A DNA stretch of 64,000 nt from an uncultured Gammaproteobacteria bacterium. Its GTDB lineage: Bacteria; Pseudomonadota; Gammaproteobacteria; CAWCPV01. Location: assembly GCA_963797555.1 (NCBI GenBank), contig CAWCPV010000004.1, forward strand, positions 768,001 to 832,000, read 5' to 3'. Positions 43,456 through 54,454 of this stretch are shown one piece after another; the stretch's first letter is position 1, and each line of letters begins with the position of its first letter. A program made the translations under genes and the position numbers. The notes under the pieces are model-generated. The model had not been told where the DNA came from and made no database searches. It was given only the letters and a program-made list of their open reading frames with translations.

Positions 43456-45501
43456 TTATCCCGCGCGGGTCGCTGCTGGTGTCGGCGATCGGTGAGGGGA
43501 GCGGTTGTGGAGCCAGGCTCGCACGCCGACACGCAGACGGATCCGCTCTTCAGCAGTGAGTCCGCGCGGGTCGAAACGATACCGGTAATGAAGGGCGACG
43601 AGTGACTGGAGCGGATGGGCAGCCTCCAGGGAGTTCGGTGTTCCCGCTACGCGCTGCAGCCAGCACCCGAGGGGCTCCCCCGGGGGTTGCAGGAACCCTT
43701 CCTTCCGTAGCTGCTCGACGACCTGATAGAGCTCCGAATCGCTTCCGGGTCCCGTGGGACCAACCTCGGCTGGGCGCGGCTTCGCGCCCTGGCGGCGGAC
43801 CCTTTCCGTGGAACGGAGTCGCCACAAGAGCAGGATGGTGAGGGGGATCAGCAGCCACGCCAGATAGGTACGCACGCCCGTGTCCCCGCTTGACCAACGC
43901 CACTGGGCGAGCGCGTACAACACCCAGGACCCGAAGTCGTAGAGCCCTTCCCAGGCGGGAGCCTCCGCTTCCTCGATCCCCGCCCAGGCAGCGGGCGTGG
44001 TGTCCAGATCCCGCCATCGGCCGTCCACGTAGGCCAGTACCCAGGAGTGTGCGTGCCGGCTGCGCACCACATAGCGGTGCTCGCGCGGGCTATACTCCTG
44101 TATCGAATACCCCACAGCATATCTGGCCGGAATGCCCGCGGCTCTAAGAAGCAGAACCGTAGCAGTCGCGAAGTACTCGCAGTGCCCGGCTCGGGTGCGC
44201 AGGAGGAAATCCTCCAGGGTAGGCGTGCGAGGGCCCTTCTCCAACGAGGCGAGGGAGTATCTGAACTGCTCGCCGAAGAAGGTCTGCACGGCATGAACAG
44301 CCTGTGCCGGGGAAAGGCCAGGGAGGCCCAGCTCTTCGGTCAGGCGGCCCATGACGGCTTGGTGGACTTTCGGAACCTGAAGGTCTGCCTCCGCGGGAGG
44401 CTCGTCGATGGATGAGCCCGGGCGATAGTCGGCGCGATAAGTGACCAGGCCGGGGCCACCTTCCACGGTCACTGCGCCAAGATTGTTGCGCTCCAAGCGG
44501 TCAGCCGGCAGCCCGCCCACTCGGTACGTTCCGGCCGGAAGCGCTAACAGACCCTCTCCGTCCTCCAAGTAGCGAGAGACCGTGACACTGCGGCCCACCC
44601 CGGAATACTCGCCGAGCTTCCAGGTGGCGCCGTCTTCCGACGAGACGGTGTGGAAGGGGGCGCGCCTGGCGAACCAGGTGCCGACGCCCACCGAGTCGGG
44701 GTTGCGCCGCCAGACGAAGGTCGTGTAGCTGTTATAGTTGGCCTCCCTGAGCAGATGCGGGGGCGCTCCGCCGGACGCGGTCACCCGCAGCACGATACGG
44801 TCCGACAGCTTGAGCTTGCCGATATAGCCGATAGCGGTGGTGGCCCGATAAGGGTCCGTGTGATGGTGAAACACCTCCCAGAGCCACGGCCCCACGGCGT
44901 CCTCGAAGGCGAGGTGGGCACGGTGCAGGCCAGCCTGAGCGGGGTATCCCAGTACCCCTGCGAGTGCGATGAGGGCTCCCCAGCGCGCCGGACGTTGAGG
45001 CAACCGCCTCGCGCTCCATAGCGCCCAGGCGAGAATCAGGCAAAGCGCCGGATAGAACCAAGGGAGCGGCCGGGCTACGGCACTCGCGGCCAGCACGCAC
45101 ACGACCAGATAGGCATGACCGATGTCCACGCTCCCGATACGTTCCCGATGCTCTCGCACGCGCCGCAGACTGTAGAAGAATGCCGTCAGACGGATACGTC
45201 CTTCGGCGCCGTAAGCCTGGGCTGCCATCAAAGGAAACAGAGCGATGGGCGACCACTGCAGCAGGGTGTAGACGGCGTGGGTGGCGTCACCGCGGGAGAC
45301 CGCGTATAGCACCATGGCCAGGAAGATCACAGAGCACAAATCCGCTATCCGGTTCTGGTCGGATTCGGTGAGCTTCCAGCGCCAGGTGACCCCGCGCGAG
45401 CCTTCGAGCACGACCGCCATCGGGAGCGCAAACTGGGACAAACCGGTGGCGGCTCCCCACAACAGCAGAGAGGCGGCTATGAGAAAGGGGGACGTGCTCA
45501 T
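43456..45501 (-). CDS. Membrane transglutaminase-like protein (TgpA-like)
   Basis: N-terminal TM helices. GHCEYFATA..LLRAAGIPARYAVGY, HAHSWV, DTTP supply the catalytic triad. Confidence 0.92.
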   Translation of the reverse strand: MSTSPFLIAASLLLWGAATGLSQFALPMAVVLEGSRGVTWRWKLTESDQNRIADLCSVIFLAMVLYAVSRGDATHAVYTLLQWSPIALFPLMAAQAYGAEGRIRLTAFFYSLRRVREHRERIGSVDIGHAYLVVCVLAASAVARPLPWFYPALCLILAWALWSARRLPQRPARWGALIALAGVLGYPAQAGLHRAHLAFEDAVGPWLWEVFHHHTDPYRATTAIGYIGKLKLSDRIVLRVTASGGAPPHLLREANYNSYTTFVWRRNPDSVGVGTWFARRAPFHTVSSEDGATWKLGEYSGVGRSVTVSRYLEDGEGLLALPAGTYRVGGLPADRLERNNLGAVTVEGGPGLVTYRADYRPGSSIDEPPAEADLQVPKVHQAVMGRLTEELGLPGLSPAQAVHAVQTFFGEQFRYSLASLEKGPRTPTLEDFLLRTRAGHCEYFATATVLLLRAAGIPARYAVGYSIQEYSPREHRYVVRSRHAHSWVLAYVDGRWRDLDTTPAAWAGIEEAEAPAWEGLYDFGSWVLYALAQWRWSSGDTGVRTYLAWLLIPLTILLLWRLRSTERVRRQGAKPRPAEVGPTGPGSDSELYQVVEQLRKEGFLQPPGEPLGCWLQRVAGTPNSLEAAHPLQSLVALHYRYRFDPRGLTAEERIRLRVGVRAWLHNRSPHRSPTPAATRAG

Positions 45502-46844
45502 AGTCGGGCCAGCGCCTCCGCCACCCGGCCCGCGGGGAGTCTATGGAGGTGCTGCGGCTCGTCGCCCATAGGGCCGGGCTCCAAAGGGGTGTCGTCTCGA
45601 GTGAGGACCAAGACGCGCAAGTGAACCCCCAAGGACTTCAGGAGCGCCACCAGACTCTGTCTGGAGCTGTCCCAGCCCAACAGGACGCAGACGCAGGCGC
45701 TCAGGGAGGTGGCACGCGCGCGCACCAGTTCCTCCAACTCGTGGAACGCTCGCCCTCGCGTGGCGGTCACGCACGCCAGTACCTCCAGCAGGTGCTCGGT
45801 CGGGGTGGCGCCCCGTCCCGCGGCGACTGGGTAAGCTGTGGGGCCGGCGAACAGTAGCTCCAGCAGCGAATCTTCCTGCCTCGGGGCGCTGGCCACGGAG
45901 GCGGCGACCGACACCGCCTCTTCGAACATCGCCTCGTCGTCACCCTCGCTGAAAGTGTCCAGCACAAGGGCGTAGCGGACCATGAACTCTTCCCTGAACT
46001 CTTTTACTACGGGTCGGCCCGTCTTCGCCCAGCTCCGCCAGTGGATGTGGCGCCACGCGTCGCCCGGTCGATAGTCGCGCAAGGCGAAGAACTCCTGGGA
46101 GTCACCCACGGAGGAGGCCAGGGCAACGCCGCCGGGCTGGTAGTGACGGCTGCCGGGCAGACGTAGACGGGGCGTCCGGTAGATGCGCGGGAGCACCAGC
46201 AGGGCCTGGGCATGGGGGACCGTGACCAGGGAACGGACCAGTCCCAGGGGATCGGTGCGTGCGATGGCGATGGCACGGAACCGCACATAGCCGCGCCGCA
46301 GCGGCAAGAGGCGTACCTCCGCAGTGACTTCCTCCGTCGGTCCGAGGGGTGGGAGTGGCTGGTCGGCGACCTCGGCACCACGTCTTCGGGCGACGAGCCA
46401 GAGCCAACGGGGATACCCGACGGTGCGGTCGAACCAGTTGCGCCGCTCCTCTCCGGGCTCGTGAGCACGAAACAGCTCGTCGAAGGTGGGCAGCGAGTAG
46501 TCGAATACCTCGGACAGATAGAGCCCTGAAAGCTTCCCTCGGCCCGCGTTGCGGATCTTCACCCGATAGCTGAACGCTTGTCCCACGGTCGCGAACTGGG
46601 GCAGGCTCCGGCGGGCCTCGACCGGTATACGGGAGAACAGACGCTCCGCTACCGCGATGGCGAGCAGGGTGAGCAGGACCGCGAAGACCTGATAGGTGTG
46701 ACTCTGTCGCGTGTCCACTCCGAATACGGCGGAAGCAACGAGCGCCGCCATCAGCAGCTTTCCGCCGGGGCCCAAGCGTCTGCGGACCCACTCGTCGGCA
46801 AGGTACAGATAACGGAAGTTGCGGAAGATGATCCGTCTCAGCAA
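45498..46844 (-). CDS. DUF58 domain protein
   Basis: EFFALRDYRPGD..RHIHWRSWAK.G.PVVKEF, FEEAVSVAAS. In a MoxR operon. Confidence 0.92.
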   Translation of the reverse strand: MLRRIIFRNFRYLYLADEWVRRRLGPGGKLLMAALVASAVFGVDTRQSHTYQVFAVLLTLLAIAVAERLFSRIPVEARRSLPQFATVGQAFSYRVKIRNAGRGKLSGLYLSEVFDYSLPTFDELFRAHEPGEERRNWFDRTVGYPRWLWLVARRRGAEVADQPLPPLGPTEEVTAEVRLLPLRRGYVRFRAIAIARTDPLGLVRSLVTVPHAQALLVLPRIYRTPRLRLPGSRHYQPGGVALASSVGDSQEFFALRDYRPGDAWRHIHWRSWAKTGRPVVKEFREEFMVRYALVLDTFSEGDDEAMFEEAVSVAASVASAPRQEDSLLELLFAGPTAYPVAAGRGATPTEHLLEVLACVTATRGRAFHELEELVRARATSLSACVCVLLGWDSSRQSLVALLKSLGVHLRVLVLTRDDTPLEPGPMGDEPQHLHRLPAGRVAEALARL

Positions 46845-46853
46845 CGCAGACCC

Positions 46854-47786
46854 TCACGTGGGCACCGCGATCTCCCGCAACACCCCTTCCACGAGGGCTT
46901 CCGGGCTCATGCCGGAGAAGCGCGCCTGGGGGTCGAGCGCGATGCGGTGGGCCATGGCCGCGACCCCTACCTCCTGCACGTGCTCCGGGGCGACGAACTC
47001 CATGCCGTCGAACAGAGCCAGTGCCTGGGCCGCCTTCATCAGCGTCAGGGCAGCCCTTGGACTGGCCCCCAGACGGACCCCGGGAACCGTGCGCGTCGCC
47101 CGCACCAAGCCGACGATATAGTGCTGCAGCTCGCGACCGATGCGTACCGCTTGACATTGACGACGCAGCGCCAACACCTCCTGCCGGTCCACACAGGGGG
47201 TCACGTTGTCCAAGGGCTCCCCCCTGCTGCGCTCGGCCAGGATGGCTACCTCGTCATCGATGCTCACGTAACCGAGGCTGAGGCGCAAGGCGAAGCGGTC
47301 CAGTTGCGCCTCGGGCAGCGGATACGTGCCGTGGAACTCCACCGGGTTCTGGGTAGCCACCACGAAGAAAGGCTCCCCCAGCGTATGGCGTGTTCCGTCC
47401 GCGGTGATCTGTCCCTCGCCCATGGCCTCGAGTAGGGCCGACTGGGTGCGTGGTGAAGCCCGGTTGATCTCGTCGGCCAACAGGATGTGTGTGAAGATTG
47501 GGCCGAAATGGAAACGAAATGCCTGTGCCTGCTGATCGAAGACAGACACCCCCAGGATGTCGGAAGGAAGCAGGTCCGGCGTAAACTGGATGCGCCGGAA
47601 GTCGGCGTCGATTGAGCGGGCCAGCGCCTTGGCGAGCGTGGTCTTACCGGTCCCAGGAACGTCCTCCAGCAGGACGTGACCGCCGCTGACGAAGGCCGCC
47701 AGCAGCTTCCTGATGGCCGTTGACTGTCCCTTGATGGCTTTCTCCATGTTGGCCGCGATTCTGGCGGCGATCTCGGCGGGGTTCAT
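46854..47786 (-). CDS. MoxR-family AAA+ ATPase
   Basis: GHVLLEDVPGTGKT, RIQFTPDLLPSD, DEINRASPRTQSALLEAM, YPLPEAQLDRF. Confidence 0.96.
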   Translation of the reverse strand: MNPAEIAARIAANMEKAIKGQSTAIRKLLAAFVSGGHVLLEDVPGTGKTTLAKALARSIDADFRRIQFTPDLLPSDILGVSVFDQQAQAFRFHFGPIFTHILLADEINRASPRTQSALLEAMGEGQITADGTRHTLGEPFFVVATQNPVEFHGTYPLPEAQLDRFALRLSLGYVSIDDEVAILAERSRGEPLDNVTPCVDRQEVLALRRQCQAVRIGRELQHYIVGLVRATRTVPGVRLGASPRAALTLMKAAQALALFDGMEFVAPEHVQEVGVAAMAHRIALDPQARFSGMSPEALVEGVLREIAVPT

Positions 47787-47832
47787 GTCGCCTGCCTGCG
47801 CGTCGGGGTCCCTGGGCAAAGGCGTCGCTGCC

Positions 47833-48270
47833 TCACTGCCCGCATAGCTGTATCGTGACCGTGCGTCGCCGCGGGCCGTCCAGATCGATGAGCAGCACCG
47901 ACTGCCAGGTGCCCAGGGGCAGCCGGCCTTCGACTACGGGGATGACTTCGGTACTGCCCAATAACATGGCTGCGAGGTGCGAGTGGGCATTGGGCGGCTC
48001 ATCCGGAGGACACTCGCGCAGATGGATGTCGTTGTGGAGGTAGGGCGCATCCTTTGGGACCAGCCTTTCCAGGAAGACCCTCAGGTCTTGCAGGAGGCGG
48101 TCCTCTGCCTCGTTGATAACGAGTGCGGTCGTGGTGTGGCGGGACGAGACGATCACGAACCCAGCCGTTACGGGATTGCGCGCCAGATGGTCTCGGATGC
48201 GAGGAGTCAAATCATGAACATGGATTCCTGTCCCGGTCTGGACGGTGACCACTTCCTGAGTGATGCGCAT
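47833..48270 (-). CDS. YjbQ/UPF0047 family protein
   Basis: HTTTALVINE, YLHND, NAHSHL, LGTWQSVLLIDLDGPR. Confidence 0.92.
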   Translation of the reverse strand: MRITQEVVTVQTGTGIHVHDLTPRIRDHLARNPVTAGFVIVSSRHTTTALVINEAEDRLLQDLRVFLERLVPKDAPYLHNDIHLRECPPDEPPNAHSHLAAMLLGSTEVIPVVEGRLPLGTWQSVLLIDLDGPRRRTVTIQLCGQ

Positions 48271-48551
48271 GTCATCCCGCCCGTTGCTTGGCCTGAGCCC
48301 CATTCTAGGACGTTTACCGGCGGCGGTCCCGAGTGTGGACGCGTAGCGACCATGGCTGACCGATGCGCCGGCCGCCCCACCCAGCGGGCGCTCATCGCTG
48401 GACCCGCCTGGCTGGGGACGTTAAGTCTTGGCCCGTCCAGCGGGCCGCCCGCCGAGACCGAGCCATCAGCGGGGCACACGAGCCTATGCGGGCATTCCTG
48501 GGCGTGTGGGGCAGCGAGGAGTGGAGCTGGACGACGGGGTCTGCATCTGAC

Positions 48552-49343
48552 ATGAAGCCGGAAAGAAGTCCCGAGGAGGAGGCCGGCGCGCTTTTCGCGA
48601 ACTCGCGAATACTCGAGTGGCGAGCCCCCTTTAGATGGCTGCGTCTCGGCTGGCGCGATCTCAAGCGCGCCCCGGGTCCCGGTCTCACCTACGGTGGGTT
48701 CTTGGTCCTCTTCAGCTATCTCATCACCTACCTGTTGTACTCGGCACAACATTACCTTCTCCTCTTTAGCTTGCTCACGGGCTTCGTGCTACTGGGCCCG
48801 GCGTTAGCCTTCGGCATGTACGACGTCAGTTGTCAGTTGGAAAAGGGCCGCAGGCCGACCCTGGGACACTGCCTCGTGGAGAGCAAGCGGCATCTCGGAA
48901 ACGAGCTGGTGTTCGCGGTCGTTCTGCTCATCATCCTGCTGGTATGGGCGCGAGCCGCCTCGATGATCCACATCTTCTTTCCGGCCTCGGCGCAGCCCTC
49001 GCTGGTAGACTTGGCGGCGTTTCTGGGCATCGGTTCCGTGGTGGGCGCCTTCTTCGCCGCCTTGGTGTTCGCCGTCAGTGCCTTTTCTCTGCCCATGATG
49101 ATGGACCGCGACGTGGACGTGATCACGGCGGCGCTGACGAGCATCAATGCGGTCCTCAACAACAAGGGAGTCATGGCAGTATGGGCGGCCACCATCGTGA
49201 GCGCGGTACTCATCGGCTTCGCGACCGCCTTTGTAGGGCTTGGCGTGCTGCTGCCTCTCATCGGGCATGCCACGTGGCATGGCTATCGCGAGACCATCGG
49301 AGAGTCCCCCAAAGCGGGCGAGCCGGGTGGCCCGCAGGGCTGA
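48552..49343 (+). CDS. DUF2189 integral membrane protein
   Basis: PFRWLRLGWRDL, GFVLLGPALAFGMYDVS, LPLIGHATWHGYRE. Confidence 0.88.
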   Translation: MKPERSPEEEAGALFANSRILEWRAPFRWLRLGWRDLKRAPGPGLTYGGFLVLFSYLITYLLYSAQHYLLLFSLLTGFVLLGPALAFGMYDVSCQLEKGRRPTLGHCLVESKRHLGNELVFAVVLLIILLVWARAASMIHIFFPASAQPSLVDLAAFLGIGSVVGAFFAALVFAVSAFSLPMMMDRDVDVITAALTSINAVLNNKGVMAVWAATIVSAVLIGFATAFVGLGVLLPLIGHATWHGYRETIGESPKAGEPGGPQG

Positions 49344-49491
49344 GAGCTTCTAACAGATCGGCTACGCTTCGCATAGCGGCACTGCGCGCTGCTCGCTCTT
49401 CGCTGAGAGCCTGATATTTCTTGTCGCTGCGCTCTCACCGCCTTGCTCGCCGGGCGCTCGCGAGGACGGCTTCACGGCCTCGAAGGATACT

Positions 49492-50265
49492 TCATCTGGG
49501 CGCGAGGGTGATGTCGCTGTCGGCTGCGTCAACGGTCAGGCGGAATCGCCCGAGAAAGCTCATCCCCAGTAGCGGGTGGCCGGCCAGACGCTGGTCGTCG
49601 AGGAAGGTCACCGCAACGTCCTTCACCGATGCGCCCCCGACCTCGACGGCCGCAAGCGTGCCGCGGCTGGCGGGCGCCGCGCCGTTCGCGGTCTGAATCA
49701 CGCCCGGCGAGAGGTCCTCGGGCTTGAAGCCCAGGGGCTCCATCATCAACGTCGGCAGCACGACAGCGCTGGCACCCGTATCCACAATGAGCGATGCGGC
49801 GATACGCGCGCCGTTCGGTCCCACGAGCATGGCCTCGACGGCTCGTTGGGGTCCCAACTGCACCGCATGCTCTGGTGGAGATCGGGCGCCCGGTTGTTTG
49901 CGCCCAAGGATGATGAGTTGCGAGCGTTGTCCACCCGGATCTTGCCTCAGCACATAGTTGTAACCGGCCAGCAGCGTGCGCAGACGGCGCTGGGAATCGC
50001 CGTCCGCGATACCAGCCGCCTCGTCACCCAGACGGTCCGCTCCAACAATGGTGACCCCCGCAGCCGCGGCAACTTCGCGCACCTGGTCGCGCAGGCTTGC
50101 CGCCGACGCTATCGCGGCTGCGCAAAGCGCGCAGGCGAAAGCTACACTGACCGCCAAAGCGACCGGGTGGTCGCCCCACCGGTCTGACGGGTCAGTCGAT
50201 CGGGCCACGCTGTCGAGACTCGGGCAAGGAACGGGGCGCTCCGCGGGCTGAGTCGCCGCGCCCAA
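49492..50265 (-). CDS. Retropepsin-like aspartic protease with secreted N-domain
   Basis: LIVDTGASAVVL, TANG, LLGMSFLGRF. Start uncertain (signal peptide near 50170). Confidence 0.85.
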   Translation of the reverse strand: MGAATQPAERPVPCPSLDSVARSTDPSDRWGDHPVALAVSVAFACALCAAAIASAASLRDQVREVAAAAGVTIVGADRLGDEAAGIADGDSQRRLRTLLAGYNYVLRQDPGGQRSQLIILGRKQPGARSPPEHAVQLGPQRAVEAMLVGPNGARIAASLIVDTGASAVVLPTLMMEPLGFKPEDLSPGVIQTANGAAPASRGTLAAVEVGGASVKDVAVTFLDDQRLAGHPLLGMSFLGRFRLTVDAADSDITLAPR

Positions 50266-50269
50266 CGCC

Positions 50270-50593
50270 TCAGAAGTGGAACGGGAAATCCAGGGTCAGG
50301 CTCAGGTTCCCGCTTGGATAACGCGGCAGGTAACCGTACCCGTAGGTCCGCGGCTCCACGTAGTAGGGTTGATACACGTAGTGGGGCTGACGGTAGTACT
50401 CGCGTACCACGAACCGCGGATGGTACCGGTATGCGCCGAGGTGCTTGCCGTGACCGTATCCCCGAGGAACGATCCGCACGATCGCGCCTTCATCGTCGCG
50501 GTGGGCCGACGCCGCAATCGGGATGCCAGCGATGCCCGCCGCCAGCACGGACACACCCAAATACTTCGAGAGCTTACGCAGCCTCGATGTCAT
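50270..50593 (-). CDS. Small secreted Tyr/His-rich protein
   Basis: Signal peptide ending ASA, low-complexity Y/R/H-rich body, GGAGG RBS. Confidence 0.7.
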   Translation of the reverse strand: MTSRLRKLSKYLGVSVLAAGIAGIPIAASAHRDDEGAIVRIVPRGYGHGKHLGAYRYHPRFVVREYYRQPHYVYQPYYVEPRTYGYGYLPRYPSGNLSLTLDFPFHF

Positions 50594-51352
50594 ATCGTGT
50601 ACCTCCAGCGTCAGAAATCCAGTGATCTTTGAACAGTGATGATACTACTTCCCGCCAGATGAACGCTCGCTGAGCGCGGCCACTCCGCGCTGTGCGGGGA
50701 GGCGAGCAGGTCCCGGCGAGCGCCGCCTTCACTGGGGCCGCGCTGGGTGTGTGCCTGGCGTCTCCGCCGGTAGGACACGGCGGGGAGGACGAGATCGCAC
50801 GGCCATTGGACAGGCGCGCACTTCCGCGCACCGCGACCGTTGAGCTTGGCATTGGGGGCCTATCGCTCCGCGTGCTCACCCCATTTCGCCTGCGCACTCG
50901 TCATCCTCAGAGCACAGAGCTACAGACCGTGGCGTCCCCTCCGGACATGTGCCGTGCGCGCCCCTTCTGCAGCGCCCGGACCGTACTTCGATCGGTTTAC
51001 GACTGGGCGTGTCCTCGGGTTCGTATGCAGGTCATGCCGGCATGGCTGCTCGGGTCTCGCGGAACGCTGGTGCCGCACCTAGGGGATCTCGCGCAGATGC
51101 GATTCGATCCAACGGGATGAATCCTACGGGGTCGATGACCGCCGCTTCGCTGGGGCCGTCTTCGGCGATCACACGACGCCGTAGCAGGGCCAGGGCTACG
51201 CTGGCACAGGGGACCGGGCGACCGCTGAGGCATCCCCACTTGGAGACGGTGCCCCCGCTAATGCCAGATCGGCATGGACGACGGGCAGTCGGCCGAGCGT
51301 CGGCCCGCAAGGGACATCGCACGGCACAACGCGTCGGCGTTGAGGTCGCCGC

Positions 51353-52102
51353 ATGAGATTGGATATCGTGGTCCCCTGCTTCAACGAGGAGGATGTCTCG
51401 GAGGAGACTGCCCGGCGCCTCGAGGAGGTTCTCGAGGCCTTGACGGTCAAAGGCAAAATCGATGCCGGCAGCCGCATCTGTTTCGTGGACGACGGAAGCC
51501 GCGACGCTAGCTGGGCCATCATCGAACGCCTGGCCGCCCGCACCGGGTGGGTCCGGGGCATCAAGCTCTCGCGCAACCGTGGGCATCAGAATGCGTTGCT
51601 GGCGGGGTTGTTGGCCTGCCGGGGCGACGCCGCCATTAGCCTGGATGCGGACCTTCAGGACGATCCGCAGGTGATCGAACAGATGGTGGACGCCTACCAC
51701 GCCGGCTACGACATCGCCTACGGAGTCCGCACCGACCGGCAGTCCGACAAATGGTTCAAGCGCGTGAGCGCGGCCCTCTACTATCGACTGCTGAGCGCTC
51801 TAGGCATCGACGTTGTAGCCAACCACGCCGACTTTCGGCTGTTGAGCCGACGAGCCTTACAGAGCCTCGGGCGGTTTCGCGAGGCCAAGGTCGTTCCGCT
51901 CTACTTCCTGGGCGGTATTCAGCTTCTGAGTATCGGCATCATTGGAGAGTACCTGGCTAGGGTCTATGCCGAGGTGAAGGGACGCCCGCGCTACTTCATC
52001 GAGAAGACGGTGCCGGAGCCCGCGGCCGTTTCCGAGTCGCGCGAGACAGACGGTGCAGCCGCCTCCCCGAAATCCGCAGGGAGCGGTCGAAGAGCGGATT
52101 GA
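51353..52102 (+). pseudogene. GtrB/DPM1-like GT2 glycosyltransferase with in-frame internal deletion
   Basis: VVPCFNEE, FVDDGSRD, SRNRGHQNAL, DADLQDDP, ADFRLLSR, then a direct jump (FREAK|VVPLYFLGGIQ) to the last TM. The usual FLRG...GESKY...TM1 segment is missing. Confidence 0.7.
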
Positions 52103-52597
52103 AGGAACTCCCTGGGGTGTCTGGATGGCGCCTTGCCTCTGCCCGAGCCTCGGGACCCTGGCCTTTCTCTTGGCTTCGGTGTGAGGCTCGTGCTGCGCTC
52201 GTTCTCGGGCTGCGCGCTGGCGCGGCGGGTTCTCGCGCTTGCATCTGGCCGTCCGGGCAATGTCCCCCAACCGCGCGCAGTGCCACAGCCCCATCACAGT
52301 GGCGGGGTCAATCGGCGGGCGTCCCGCCCACCCTTCCATGGCTCGAATCCTAAGAACCACACCGTGGGCACGCGGTGACCCTCGGCAAAGAGATGCCCGA
52401 GATCACAGGCGCGCATCTCGACCTGCGTGCGGTCGACCCTTTGGTGGCGCAGTGGCGCGACCGGCGCTGGCCTCCGTTTGCGCTCCTGTTGACGGGCTCG
52501 TGCCTGCTCTTCGTCAAAAAAGTGACCTGTCCAGGTCGCGCTCGCCCGGCGAAAGCTCTACCCCATTGGAAAGGGGCGGGGGAGTTTTCACAGGCTC

Positions 52598-53236
52598 TCA
52601 GTGGAATCTAAGGACAGACTCCGTCTCCTCGAGGTGGCTCGTGTCTCCGCGCAGATCGAGGGTCCAGGCGTCGGCTTCGCGCCGCAACTTCACCAGGCTA
52701 CAGAAGGCGGTGTGCAGCTCAGGCGAGTTGCGGAGGAGCCCCCAGCTTGCACCGACAACCGAGGCGCCGTGCCCGACGATCAGCAGATTTCCGCGGAACT
52801 CGTCGCTGAGGAGTCTCGCGGCCTTGCCCGCTCGTGCCAGAGCTACCTCACTCGTCTCCGGGTAGCGCGCCATGACTCGGGATCTGTAGGACGCGTCGAC
52901 ACGCGGGAACCTTCTCGCCAGGGAATCGAGCGGAAGGCACACCGGGGGGTCGGGAAACCAATCCGGGTTCAGCCATTCGCTGAAGCCACTTTCCACCCCG
53001 ATAGAGAGGTCGAGGAGGTCCGCGACGTGGTGCGCGGTCTCAACCGCGCGCAGGAAGGGGGAGGCAAAGACGCGGGTAATTCCCTCGTCCCGTAGCCGCC
53101 GGGCGAGGGATTGTGCCTGCTGGACACCGTCCGGAGATAGCGGCGGATCGAAGGGCCGCGAGGCAGTCTTGAACCACTCCGGGTCGACAAAATCCAGGCG
53201 GTTACCGTGTCTTGCCAGCCAGATGATCTGTCCCAT
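52598..53236 (-). CDS. Histidine phosphatase (phosphoglycerate mutase superfamily)
   Basis: RHG motif, SPFLRAVETA, IVGHG. Confidence 0.92.
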   Translation of the reverse strand: MGQIIWLARHGNRLDFVDPEWFKTASRPFDPPLSPDGVQQAQSLARRLRDEGITRVFASPFLRAVETAHHVADLLDLSIGVESGFSEWLNPDWFPDPPVCLPLDSLARRFPRVDASYRSRVMARYPETSEVALARAGKAARLLSDEFRGNLLIVGHGASVVGASWGLLRNSPELHTAFCSLVKLRREADAWTLDLRGDTSHLEETESVLRFH

Positions 53237-53525
53237 GGCTCGTAAACGACGCCCGGCGGGCGCGCCAACACACGTGTCTCGGCAGCATTGGACGCCGCTC
53301 CAACCGTTCCGGCAGCCCGATCGGAAAGCGGCTCATTATCGCTCAGCCCACGCGCGAAAGCACGCTGAGTCGCTCGCAGAATGTTGCTAGAACACAACAG
53401 AAGGTTGCCAGCTCGGTGTTGTTGCGGCTACACTGGCCCGAGACCGTGCGAACGAGGAGTCAAATATGTTTGAAAACAAGCTCTTAGGACAATACCCCTG
53501 GCGTGCACGATGAGGGCCGCGCGCG

Positions 53526-54393
53526 TTGCGCTCTGGTGTTTCCCGGTCTTGTGGTACATCTCCACCCTGCGGTGCATCACATCCGCCGACCCGCAGCCAC
53601 CCTGACCCACAGTTAGCGGAACTTGCCTACCAGGCGCCCGCGGACGTTCCCCGCCGCGAGCTCCAGGACGTGCCGTATGAGCTGGGCACCCATGGCAGTA
53701 ACCAGACCACGAAAAAGGAGTTGTTCATCGAGACCCTGCTCCCGCTTGTTCTGCTGGAAAACGAGAGCATCGCGCAGCAGCGCAGACCGCATGCTAGGAC
53801 TATTCGAGCGCTTGGACCACGGCAACCCGCTGTCTGCCGGGGAGCAGTTATGGCTGCGGTCCCTCGCGGACGAGTACCGGGTATCGGGTGATCCGGTCTT
53901 GGACTCCGCCGCGCGGCGAGAGCTTGGCGGACGCGTCGATATCGTGCCCGCGGACCTCGCTCTGGCCCAAGCCGCCGCAGAGTCTGGTTGGGGAGGGTCG
54001 CACGCTGCACGGATAGACCGTGACCTCTTCGGTATGAAGGTGAGCGCAGCCGTGAGGATCTGGACACCGAGGGCGACTCGCCATAGGAAGGGTCAGCACG
54101 CGCCGCGGTTCGCTAGTCTACGGGAGGCGGTGCACACCTACATGCTGGTCCTCAACTCGCACGCTGCATACGGGCGCCTCAGAGAGCTGCGTGCGTCCCT
54201 GATCGGGCGCAGCGAGCCGGTGGAGGGCTCCCGGTTGGCGGCGGGGCTGGAGAGATACTCCACTCGCGGGAAAGGCTACGTTCGCATGATTCAGGGAGTG
54301 ATACGGCTTAATCAACTGGAGCGTTATCGGCTCGCCACCCTGCTGCCGTTCACGCCCGACGACCCCGCCGACGCCGCCGGCTCGCCCGGCTGA
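53526..54393 (+). CDS. Bax-like glucosaminidase-domain protein (frameshift at ~53780; 5' end unclear)
   Basis: KKELFIETLLPLV..EN, then RVDIVP.DLALAQAAAESGWG.S...LFG, YML.LNSH.AY..LR..R, GLERYS.RG..Y. Confidence 0.8.
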
Positions 54394-54454
54394 GTCCGAC
54401 GGGGGGAGCCGCAGGAGTCCACCATCCGGAAAGTGCGCGCCGGGGGTCGGGCGT

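Noticed and set aside
49343-49490. MITE-like end (AGAGCTTCTAACAGATC) between convergent genes
   Set aside because: No matching inverted end or second copy in the window, so it cannot be supported.
50640-51350. Coding or ncRNA content in the long intergenic stretch
   Set aside because: No ORF with convincing composition or motifs and no recognisable RNA structure.
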